DNA from: Polyangiales bacterium
Lineage (GTDB): Bacteria > Myxococcota_A > Polyangia > Polyangiales > Polyangiaceae
DNA length: 64,000 nt
Reading direction: 5' to 3'
NCBI GenBank assembly: GCA_038231275.1
Contig: JBBRLQ010000024.1
Coordinates: 1-64,000 of the forward strand
Shown: positions 27,154-36,341 of the stretch, piece after piece
Numbering within the stretch: the first letter of the stretch is position 1
Layout of the letters: each line of letters opens with the position of its first letter
The notes under the pieces: generated by a model
Told to the model about the DNA's origin: nothing
Database searches by the model: none
The model's input: the letters and a program-made list of their open reading frames with translations, nothing else
Translations under genes and position numbers: made by a program

Positions 27154-28740
27154 TTGGGATACCCGTTGAACCTCGCCCTCCGCTACCTCGGCTCGAGGAA
27201 GAGGAGCGCCTTCATCTCGGTCGGCACCGCATTCGCGATGCTGGGCGTGACGCTCGGCGTGGCGGCGCTCGCGATCGTGATGAGCGTGACGGGCGGCTTC
27301 CAAGAGCAGTTCCGCGAGAAGGTCCTCGGCGTCAACGCCCACGTCCTCGTCCTCAAGTACTCGATCGATTTCCGCGAGTACCGCGACGTGATGAAGAAGG
27401 TGGAGCACGTCCCCGGCATCACCGGCGTGGCGCCGTTCGTCATCAACCCCATGATGGTCACGCACGGCGAGCACACCGCCACCGGCGTCCTCTTGAAGGG
27501 GGTCGATCCGGACCTGATGCCGAAGGTGCTCGACCTGCCGAAGCACATCACCGAGGGCTCGCTCATAGGTCTTCGAAAGGTAGGCGCCAAGCCGCCCGAG
27601 CGCCCGCGCGACGCGTTCCGCAGCGATCCGCTCCTTTTTCCGAGCGATCGCGACGCCGGCGCGGGCGAGGCCGGCGGCAAAGAGTCGCTCCTCCGCGCAA
27701 TCGAGCGCCAGATCGCCGAGGACGAGGCGGTCGCCGCCCAGCCGCAGCTCAAGCTCCCGCCGAGCGGCGGCTACGACACCGAGCCGCCCACCAAGACCAC
27801 GCCGCCGAAGGACCGCGGCCCGGATTTGATCGGCGACGTCACGCCCGACGGCGGCTTCGCCAGCCAGCTCCCCGAGGACGACCTCCTCCCCGACTCGATC
27901 GATCCCGATCCCTGCAAGAGCCCCGAGCAGGTCACGCGCCTCCCCGGCGTGGTCGTCGGCCGCACGCTCGCCAAGCAGCTCGCGATCGGCATCGGCGACT
28001 GCGTGCAGATCACGTCGCCGACGATCGGCATCTCGATCGGCGCCGCCGGCGCGCGGCCTCCCATCGCCAAGCAGTTCCGGCTCATCGCGGTCTTCGAGGC
28101 CGGCTTCGACCAGTACGACTCGAAGCTCGTCTACACGGACCTTTACGAAGCGCAGGCCTTCTACGAGCAAGGCGACAGCGTCACCGGCGTCGAGATGAAG
28201 GTCGACGACATCGATCGCGCGCACGAGATCTCGATGCAGCTCGAGAAGCTGCTGGCCAACGGCGTCTACCACACGATGGACTGGAAGGAGCTGAACCACG
28301 GCCTCTTCACCGCGCTCCTCATCCAGCAGATCGGGATGAGCTTCGTCCTCGCGCTCATCATCGTCGTCGCGGCGTTCACCGTGGTGGCGACGCTCATCAT
28401 GGTCGTCCTCGACAAGAAGAAGGAGATCTCGCTCCTCAAGGCCCTCGGCGCGCGCGACGCGGCGATCCTCCGCGTGTTCCTCTACCAAGGCGGGATCATC
28501 GGCCTCGTGGGGACGACGATGGGGCTCCTCCTCGGCTATTTCTGCTGCAAGGGCCTCCTCGCGTACGGTTTCCCGCTCGATCCGAAGGTTTATTTCATCT
28601 CGAGCCTGCCGGTGAACGTGCGACCGCTCGAGTTCGGGATCACGGGCGTCGTGGCGATCGTGATTTGCACGGTCGCGACGATCTTCCCCGCCGCCTACGC
28701 CGCGGGGCTGCGGCCCTCCGAGGGGCTGCGCGCCGAATAG
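27154..28740 (+). CDS. lolE: Lipoprotein-releasing ABC transporter permease (LolC/LolE family) with a large periplasmic insertion
   Basis: ALRYL...FIS...GVAALAIVMSVTGGF; MVVLDKKKEISLLKALGA; VYFISSLPV; TTG start after AGGAG. Confidence 0.9.
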   Translation: MGYPLNLALRYLGSRKRSAFISVGTAFAMLGVTLGVAALAIVMSVTGGFQEQFREKVLGVNAHVLVLKYSIDFREYRDVMKKVEHVPGITGVAPFVINPMMVTHGEHTATGVLLKGVDPDLMPKVLDLPKHITEGSLIGLRKVGAKPPERPRDAFRSDPLLFPSDRDAGAGEAGGKESLLRAIERQIAEDEAVAAQPQLKLPPSGGYDTEPPTKTTPPKDRGPDLIGDVTPDGGFASQLPEDDLLPDSIDPDPCKSPEQVTRLPGVVVGRTLAKQLAIGIGDCVQITSPTIGISIGAAGARPPIAKQFRLIAVFEAGFDQYDSKLVYTDLYEAQAFYEQGDSVTGVEMKVDDIDRAHEISMQLEKLLANGVYHTMDWKELNHGLFTALLIQQIGMSFVLALIIVVAAFTVVATLIMVVLDKKKEISLLKALGARDAAILRVFLYQGGIIGLVGTTMGLLLGYFCCKGLLAYGFPLDPKVYFISSLPVNVRPLEFGITGVVAIVICTVATIFPAAYAAGLRPSEGLRAE

Positions 28741-28788
28741 GGCACGCGAAAAGCGCTCGCCGGGGCCGGCGAAAGTGTGGCATCTTCG

Positions 28789-30618
28789 ATGCGCTCCATG
28801 CGCTGGCTAGTCGAGATGACGCCGATCGGCAAGACGGAGGCGCAGTCCGTCGTCGTCGAGGCCGAATCCTGGCAGAAGGCGCTCCAGCACGCGCGCGCGC
28901 TGCGCGGCGAGACGGGGCCGATGAGCGGCTTCTCGATCGAGCTGCTCGAGAGCGGTTACCGCGCCGTCGATCCGATGGCCCGCCTCATCTACACGGTGAA
29001 GCGCGCGCCCGACGACGCGGCCATCACGACGTCACTCTCCGCCCCCGCAGCGCCTGCGGCCGCGGCCGTCGCTCCTCCTGCCGCTGTTGCTGCGCCAGCC
29101 GCTGCCCCGGCCGCCGCACCTGCCCCTGCCCCTGCCCCTGCCGCTGCCGCTGCCCATGCCCCGCGCCCGCAGGGCGTTGCCGCGCCCGTCGCCGTCGCCG
29201 CACCCAAGTACAACCCGAAGCAGACGCTCGCGTTCGGCTCGGACAGCATGGCCCTCGACGGCCTCCACCCCAAGCCCGCCGCAGCAGCTGCGCCCGTGCC
29301 CGTGCCCGTGCCCACGGGCACCGCGCGCATGGTCCCCACTCCGCCGGCCCCTGGCAGCGCCGACGCCACCCTCCTCAACATCGCCGTCAGCGACGACGCC
29401 GCGACGTACATCGACAAGGGCAGCCACCACGATCTCTCGAACGTGCCCGCGACGCAGGTCGTCTTCAAGCGCGAGCAAGACCCCACACCGCAAGCGCCGC
29501 TCTCCTACCGCGAGTACGTGTACGCCGTCGCGACGGGCACGAAAGAAGAGGACGCTGAGGTCGTCCTCCGCGCGCAGTTCGAGCTCGTCCAGAAGGCGCT
29601 CGAGACGGCGAAGGCGGGCAAGCTCGTGAACCTCGCGGTCTTCGACGTCGTCTTCAAAGGGAAGCCGCCGGTCCCTCCGCTCGCGACGCTGACGTGGAAG
29701 GATTGGAAGGGCGATCCCGTCGTCGAGTTTCCGCGCCGCAATCCGAAACCTGCCGCGCCGCCGCGCCAGGCCCCCATTCCTCAAGTCGCCGCCGCGCCTG
29801 CCCCTGCGCGCGCGCCGGTTGCGCAGGTCGCGCCGGTCGCGCCCGCGCCGGCTCCTGCGCCGATCCCCATTCAGCCTCCGCCGGCGGCGCTCTTCCAGCC
29901 TCCCGCGCCCGCTCCCGCCGCGCCGCCCGCCAGCGCGAGCCCGTCGTTCCCGTCCGCGGCCGCGGCGTTTCCTCCGCCGGGCTCTCCGCTCGCGCCGGAT
30001 CCGACGCCGGGCCCTGGCCCGACCGAGCGCCCGTCGCAAGCCGGTCGCGCGCCGGTCCCGCGCGGTCGCCACAAAGGGGACGAGCTCATCACCGCCCTCT
30101 TCGAGGCGATGCACGATCTCCACTTCCTGCGCGACGCGATCGAGGGCGGCCACTTCTGCCTCTCGCTCGCGCTCGAGACGCTCCCGTCGACCGCCGGCAT
30201 CGTGCACATGTACGACATCGACAAGCGCGAGTTCGTCGTCGCGGTGACCGCCGGCAAAGGCGCAGAGAAGCTCCTCACGCGCCGCCATCCGGAGACCGAT
30301 CCGCTCCTCGAGAAGGCGATGCGCAAGCGCCGCGCGGTCGTCGTCGCGAACGCGTCCTCCGAAGAGGGCGCACACCACGACCGGTACGAGCTCTTCGGCG
30401 GAGCCAAAAGCATCATCGTCGCGCCCGTCCTCTACGGCGGCCGCTTCATCGGCGCCCTCGAGCTCATCAACCCGCAGGACGGCGATCCGTACAGCGAGGA
30501 CGAGGGCAACGCCCTCAACTACATCGCCGAGCAGTACGCCGAGTTCGTCTCGCAGCATGGCGTCGTGATCGACGACGAGGCGATCTCGATGCGGCCGGGC
30601 CAGCTCCGCGCGAGGTAG
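28789..30618 (+). CDS. Pro/Ala-rich multidomain protein with C-terminal GAF domain
   Basis: C-terminal KSIIVAPVLYGGRFIGALELIN...YSEDE; two Pro/Ala-rich linkers. Start could be 28777, 28789 or 28798. Confidence 0.8.
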   Translation: MRSMRWLVEMTPIGKTEAQSVVVEAESWQKALQHARALRGETGPMSGFSIELLESGYRAVDPMARLIYTVKRAPDDAAITTSLSAPAAPAAAAVAPPAAVAAPAAAPAAAPAPAPAPAAAAAHAPRPQGVAAPVAVAAPKYNPKQTLAFGSDSMALDGLHPKPAAAAAPVPVPVPTGTARMVPTPPAPGSADATLLNIAVSDDAATYIDKGSHHDLSNVPATQVVFKREQDPTPQAPLSYREYVYAVATGTKEEDAEVVLRAQFELVQKALETAKAGKLVNLAVFDVVFKGKPPVPPLATLTWKDWKGDPVVEFPRRNPKPAAPPRQAPIPQVAAAPAPARAPVAQVAPVAPAPAPAPIPIQPPPAALFQPPAPAPAAPPASASPSFPSAAAAFPPPGSPLAPDPTPGPGPTERPSQAGRAPVPRGRHKGDELITALFEAMHDLHFLRDAIEGGHFCLSLALETLPSTAGIVHMYDIDKREFVVAVTAGKGAEKLLTRRHPETDPLLEKAMRKRRAVVVANASSEEGAHHDRYELFGGAKSIIVAPVLYGGRFIGALELINPQDGDPYSEDEGNALNYIAEQYAEFVSQHGVVIDDEAISMRPGQLRAR

Positions 30619-30663
30619 CTCGCCCCTGAATCACTCCTCGACTCGTGCTACGCACGAGATCGC

Positions 30664-32289
30664 GTGGACAAGACCACAAGAGACAGGCTCGCGAGCTTCG
30701 TCCTCCTGCCGGCCGTTCTGGTCGCCGTCGGTGTCCTCGCCTATTTCACCTTCCGGACGACGTTCCAGATCGAGCGCCTCCGCCAGCAATCGGTGCTCGA
30801 GGCGACGCTCGGCCTCGCCAACGAGAAGGCCGACCGCCTCGACAAGCAGATCGTCGAGCAGGACAACGTCGTCGTCGCCGTCTCCGATCCCGCGAAGCTC
30901 GAGGGCCTGAACGAGCGCTGGCTCCCTACCGCGCGCCGCGAGACCCCGAGCGTCCGCGCCATCGTGGTCCTCGACGACAACCGCACAGTCCTCGCGTTCG
31001 CGTCGCGCGCGAGCGGCGCGTGGAGCGACGAGGAGGCGTTCCGGCGCCTGCTCGTTCAGCGAATGCTGCGCGACATGAACCTCCAGGAGCCCGTCGAGGA
31101 GCTCCGCCACCTTCACAAAGAGTACGGCGGCGAGGGCTACCTCGTGAGCTACTGGCAGCGGACCTTCGAGGGGCGTCGCTACCTCGTCGTCGCGTGGCAC
31201 GACGTGGGTCGCATCGTGAAGGAGACGCTCCCCACGCTCTACGCGGAAGCCACGCTGGCCGGCGCCAGCACGCAGAGCCGCGTCAACGTCGTGGACGAAG
31301 AGGGCCGCATCATCTTCGGCCCGCCCTTGCGCAGCGGCGAGTTCACCGTCGGCGTCCGCTTCCCGACCACGCTCTACAACTGGCGCCTCCAGGTCTCCCC
31401 CACCGCCAGCGAGGATCTCTCCACGCGCGTCCAGAGCCGCCGCACGCTGGAGCTCGTGATGCTGGTGCTCTCGTCACTCGTCATCGTGGCGGGCGTCGCG
31501 ACGATCCTCCTCGCCACCGAGAAGGAGCGTCGCATCAGCGCGCTGAAGAGCGAGTTCGTCGCCAACGTCTCGCACGAGCTCAAGACGCCGCTGGCGCTGG
31601 TGCGCATGTTCGCCGAGATGCTGCAGTCGGGCCGCGTGCCGAGCGACGAGAAGCGCCAGGAGTACCTGGAGATCATCGTGCGCGAGAGCGAGCGCCTCTC
31701 GAACTTGATCGAGAACGTCCTCGACTTCGCCAAGGTCGAGCGCGGGCGCGGCGGCTACGAGTTCGTCGAGGGCGACGTCGGCGAAGCGGTCACGCGCGCG
31801 GTGAACGTGTACCGCTACCGCGCCGAGCGAGAAGGCGTGGAGCTCCTCGTCGACGTGAAGGGGGAGCTACCTCCCGCCCGCATCGACGAGCGCGCCATCC
31901 AGCTCGCCGTCATCAACCTCGTCGACAACGCGCTCAAGTACGGCGCGAAGTCCGGCGGTAACGAGAAGGACTCCATCGAGGTGCACGCCGCCGTCGAGGA
32001 CGGCGCCATCCATGTGCGCGTCGTCGACCACGGCCCCGGCGTGCCCGCGGAAGATCGCCACCGCATCTTCGAGCGCTTCGTTCGCGGGAGCGGCGGACCC
32101 GACGCGCGCCCGCAAGTGAGAGGCAGTGGCATCGGCCTCGCGCTCGTGAAGAACATCGCGGAGAGCCACGGCGGACGCGCGTGGGTGGAGGCCGCCGAGC
32201 CGCACGGCGCGTGCTTCGTCTTTACGATTCCGCTCCGCCCTTCCCTCGCCCGCGCGCCCTCCGCACGCCGAAGCCGCGGCCACGCCTAG
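30664..32289 (+). CDS. Membrane sensor histidine kinase
   Basis: Two TMs; H-box SHELKTPL, N-box NLVDNALKY, DHGPGV, GSGIGL. Confidence 0.95.
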   Translation: MDKTTRDRLASFVLLPAVLVAVGVLAYFTFRTTFQIERLRQQSVLEATLGLANEKADRLDKQIVEQDNVVVAVSDPAKLEGLNERWLPTARRETPSVRAIVVLDDNRTVLAFASRASGAWSDEEAFRRLLVQRMLRDMNLQEPVEELRHLHKEYGGEGYLVSYWQRTFEGRRYLVVAWHDVGRIVKETLPTLYAEATLAGASTQSRVNVVDEEGRIIFGPPLRSGEFTVGVRFPTTLYNWRLQVSPTASEDLSTRVQSRRTLELVMLVLSSLVIVAGVATILLATEKERRISALKSEFVANVSHELKTPLALVRMFAEMLQSGRVPSDEKRQEYLEIIVRESERLSNLIENVLDFAKVERGRGGYEFVEGDVGEAVTRAVNVYRYRAEREGVELLVDVKGELPPARIDERAIQLAVINLVDNALKYGAKSGGNEKDSIEVHAAVEDGAIHVRVVDHGPGVPAEDRHRIFERFVRGSGGPDARPQVRGSGIGLALVKNIAESHGGRAWVEAAEPHGACFVFTIPLRPSLARAPSARRSRGHA

Positions 32290-32389
32290 AAAAATCACGA
32301 GGGCTTCTGTAGGGTTGAGACGCACTGGGGTCCTCCGCCCGCGCGACGGTCACCGATCGGTCGCCTCATTCTCAAACCATTTCCACGTC

Positions 32390-32417
32390 TTGACCTGTGG
32401 TGCCGGCACGGTATCGT
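32390..32417 (+). promoter_or_regulatory. sigma70-type promoter TTGACC-N16-TATCGT
   Basis: Close match to consensus, 79 nt upstream of the RRM gene. Confidence 0.6.
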
Positions 32418-32496
32418 TCGGGAAGGTACGCGCGGCGAGGAGAGCGCGGCCCGGTCGTTTTTTTTTGTCGAGGTCCGTACGTGGAGGTCCGCCGTT

Positions 32497-33459
32497 TTGG
32501 TCACGGGGAATGAGGATGCGAAGCTGTTCGTGGCAGGGCTGCCGGACAGCGTCTCGGAAGAAGTACTGAAGCAGCTCTTCGAAGCAACTGGCGGCACCGT
32601 CGTCAACGTGAGCTTGCCGAAAGACCGGGCTACGGGAAGACCCCGCGGCTTTGGTTTCGTCACGCTCTCCACGCCCGCTGAGGCTCAGGCCGCACGCGAC
32701 GCGCTCGACGGCTCGATGCAAGCAGGCAAATCCATTTCGGTGAGGCCGTTCCAGGCCGAGCCCCCGCGGCGCGATGGGCCAGGTGCAGGGCCGATGGGTC
32801 CTGGCGGCCCGCGCACGTTCGGCGCCGGAAGCGGTCCTCCGCGCACGGGCGGTCCCGGTGGCGGACCAGGCGGACCTGGCGCGCCGGATCGAACGCTCTA
32901 CGTCGGCAACCTCCCCTACGACTGCACGCAGATCGAGCTCGAGACGCTGATCAACGGCGTCGCCGGCACAGGTCAGGTCGTTCGCGTCCATCTTCCGACG
33001 GATCCCGACGGCAGAAAGCGCGGCTTCGGCTTCGTCACCATGGCGAGCTCGGAGACGGCGAAGACCGCTTCGGAGCAATTGAAGACGGCGGACCTCCGCG
33101 GTCGCAAGCTCGTCGTCAACCTCGCGCACCCGAAGGGCGACCGTCCTGCGCGACCCGACGGCGGCTTCGGTGGTGGTGGCGGCGGCTTCGGTGGTGGTGG
33201 CGGCGGCTTCGGTGGTGGTGGCGGCGGCTTCGGCGGTCCTCCTCCTCCTGGCGGCGGCAGCCAATTCGGTCCCCCCGCGCGGAAGACGTTCGACGAGCGG
33301 CGCCGCAAGACGCACTCGAGCGGCGGCGAAGACGGCCCGCGCAAACCCCGCTTCGGCGGCAACGAACGCGGCGGCGGCGGCGGCGGCCGCGTGAAAGCCG
33401 ACGACGACTGGAGCGGCGGCGGCGGCGGCAGCAGCGGCACCGGCGGCGACGACGATTGA
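32497..33459 (+). CDS. RNA-binding protein with two RRM domains and Gly-rich low-complexity regions
   Basis: RNP2 LFVAGL and LYVGNL; RNP1 RGFGFVTL and RGFGFVTM; GGAGG RBS before the TTG start. Confidence 0.93.
   Translation: MVTGNEDAKLFVAGLPDSVSEEVLKQLFEATGGTVVNVSLPKDRATGRPRGFGFVTLSTPAEAQAARDALDGSMQAGKSISVRPFQAEPPRRDGPGAGPMGPGGPRTFGAGSGPPRTGGPGGGPGGPGAPDRTLYVGNLPYDCTQIELETLINGVAGTGQVVRVHLPTDPDGRKRGFGFVTMASSETAKTASEQLKTADLRGRKLVVNLAHPKGDRPARPDGGFGGGGGGFGGGGGGFGGGGGGFGGPPPPGGGSQFGPPARKTFDERRRKTHSSGGEDGPRKPRFGGNERGGGGGGRVKADDDWSGGGGGSSGTGGDDD
33160..33236 (+). repeat. 21-bp in-frame tandem repeat (GGCGGCTTCGGTGGTGGTGGC)x3 plus a partial copy, encoding GGFGGGG
   Basis: Read directly. Confidence 0.9.
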
Positions 33460-33467
33460 GGAGGCTC

Positions 33468-33495
33468 TTGACTTGCCTGCCCACGCAGGTAAGGT
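33468..33495 (+). promoter_or_regulatory. sigma70-type promoter TTGACT-N16-TAAGGT for rpmG
   Basis: Consensus-like boxes ending 24 nt upstream of ATG 33520. Confidence 0.55.
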
Positions 33496-33519
33496 CCGCC
33501 CCCCTCTCAGGAAAGTCCA

Positions 33520-33681
33520 ATGCGCGACCTCATCAAAATGACGTGCGGAAACTGCAGCCGCGCGAACTACACGACGACCAAGAACAAGCGCACGATGAGC
33601 GAGAAATTCGAGATCAAGAAGTTCTGCCCCACGTGCCGGAAGCACTTCCCGCATAAAGAGGGAAAGATCTCAAAGGGTTGA
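33520..33681 (+). CDS. rpmG: 50S ribosomal protein L33 (zinc-binding C+ form)
   Basis: Manual translation: [53 protein letters not shown] (53 aa, below the ORF-track cutoff). Confidence 0.96.
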   Translation: MRDLIKMTCGNCSRANYTTTKNKRTMSEKFEIKKFCPTCRKHFPHKEGKISKG

Positions 33682-33746
33682 GGCGGTTGAGCGCCTCGCC
33701 CGCCGTCAGGCCGGGCTGGGTTGCTTCGTGCTCCTTCCGTTGGTAG

Positions 33747-34883
<1,137 letters not shown>

Positions 34884-34925
34884 GCCTCGGCCGCCCGATG
34901 GTTGCCGCGTAAGGGGTAGAAGTCT

Positions 34926-35807
34926 TTGTCCCCCATCAAGCGCTACCGCGATGCCGCGATCGTGATCGTCCTCCTGGCGGTCCCGTTCTTCTTTCTGCGC
35001 ACGAACATGAAGCGGCCGGAGAACCTGAACGCGCTGGATCGCGCGCTCCTCCGCGTGAGCGCGCCGATCGAGTTCGCGGCGTCGAGCGTCGCGCGCGGGC
35101 TGTCGAACCTGTTCGGCGACTACGTCTACTTGGTCGACGTGAAGAAGGACAACGAGCGCCTCGCGTACGACAACGCGCGCCTGCGCGAGAACGTCCATCA
35201 CCTCGAGCAAGCGCAGATCGAGAACCGCGAGCTGCGGCGGCTCCTCCAACTCCGCGAAGCGACGCCCGGCGACACCGTGAGCGCGCAGGTCGTCGGCAAG
35301 GATTTCACCCAGTTTTTCCGGGTGACGCGCATCGTTCTCGATCGGGGCTCGCGCAACATCCGGCCGCACATGCCGGTGATCTCGCCCGACGGCGTCGTCG
35401 GGGCGGTGCTCCACGTGAGCGGCGACGCGGTCGACGTGCAACTCGCCGTCGACGCGCAGTTCGGCATCGACGTCGAGGACGAGCGCACCCACGCGCGCGG
35501 CTTCGTGCGCGGCACCGGCGATCCGGCGCGCTACGGCTGCAAGGTCGAGATGGTCGACTCGCGCGACGAGATCGAAATCGGCGATCTGCTCGTCACGAGC
35601 GGCAAGGGCAAGTGGTTCCCCAAAGGCCTCCCCGTCGGGCGCGTCACCAAAGTCGTGCGCAAGGAGACGGGGCGCGATCAGGAGGTCGAGGCGCTCCCGA
35701 CCGTGAATTTTTCGCGCCTCGACGCCGTCCTCATCCTCGTGACGCCGCCCGGTGAAGAAGGGGCGCCGCCGGACGCGACCGCGAAGAGCGCCCAGAAGGG
35801 GAAGTAG
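34926..35807 (+). CDS. mreC: Rod shape-determining protein MreC
   Basis: N-terminal TM, coiled coil ENRELRRLL, GDLLVTSG...FPKGLPVG; operon position. Confidence 0.96.
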   Translation: MSPIKRYRDAAIVIVLLAVPFFFLRTNMKRPENLNALDRALLRVSAPIEFAASSVARGLSNLFGDYVYLVDVKKDNERLAYDNARLRENVHHLEQAQIENRELRRLLQLREATPGDTVSAQVVGKDFTQFFRVTRIVLDRGSRNIRPHMPVISPDGVVGAVLHVSGDAVDVQLAVDAQFGIDVEDERTHARGFVRGTGDPARYGCKVEMVDSRDEIEIGDLLVTSGKGKWFPKGLPVGRVTKVVRKETGRDQEVEALPTVNFSRLDAVLILVTPPGEEGAPPDATAKSAQKGK

Positions 35808-35816
35808 GGAACGCTC

Positions 35817-36341
35817 ATGCGCAACACGGCGTTCTTCGCGGCAGGCTTCGTCCTCCTCCTCCTCCAGGCGCAGCTCTTCCGGCTCATCGGCATGATCCAC
35901 GTGCCGGGAATGGTGCCGTCGCTCGTCCTGCCCCTCATCTTGTTCATGGGCGTGCACGAGTATTCGCTCCCGCGCGGCGCCGGCGTCGCGTTCGCGCTCG
36001 GATACGCGACCGATCTCGTGGCGATCGCGCCGGTCGGGCTCTACACCTTCACGTACGTCGCGCTGTTCCTGCTCGCGCGCGGCGCGGGCGTGCGGCTCGC
36101 CGCGCAGACGACGTGGATGCAGGTCGTCCTCGCGTTGGCCTTCACGCTGGTGCACAGCGTGATGCTGCTCATGCTCATCGCGGTGTTCGGCCGTGACGCG
36201 TATGCGCCGCGCGCGCTCTACCCGCTCATCTTGCCGCACGTGCTCGCCACGGGCGCGGTGGCGCCGCTCGTCTTCCGGCTCGCGCAGCGCATTCACGTCG
36301 CGACGACCGCCAAGGCGACCGGGGGGACGTTCGCGTCGTGA
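35817..36341 (+). CDS. mreD: Rod shape-determining protein MreD
   Basis: Hydrophobic 174 aa protein between mreC and mrdA. Confidence 0.9.
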   Translation: MRNTAFFAAGFVLLLLQAQLFRLIGMIHVPGMVPSLVLPLILFMGVHEYSLPRGAGVAFALGYATDLVAIAPVGLYTFTYVALFLLARGAGVRLAAQTTWMQVVLALAFTLVHSVMLLMLIAVFGRDAYAPRALYPLILPHVLATGAVAPLVFRLAQRIHVATTAKATGGTFAS

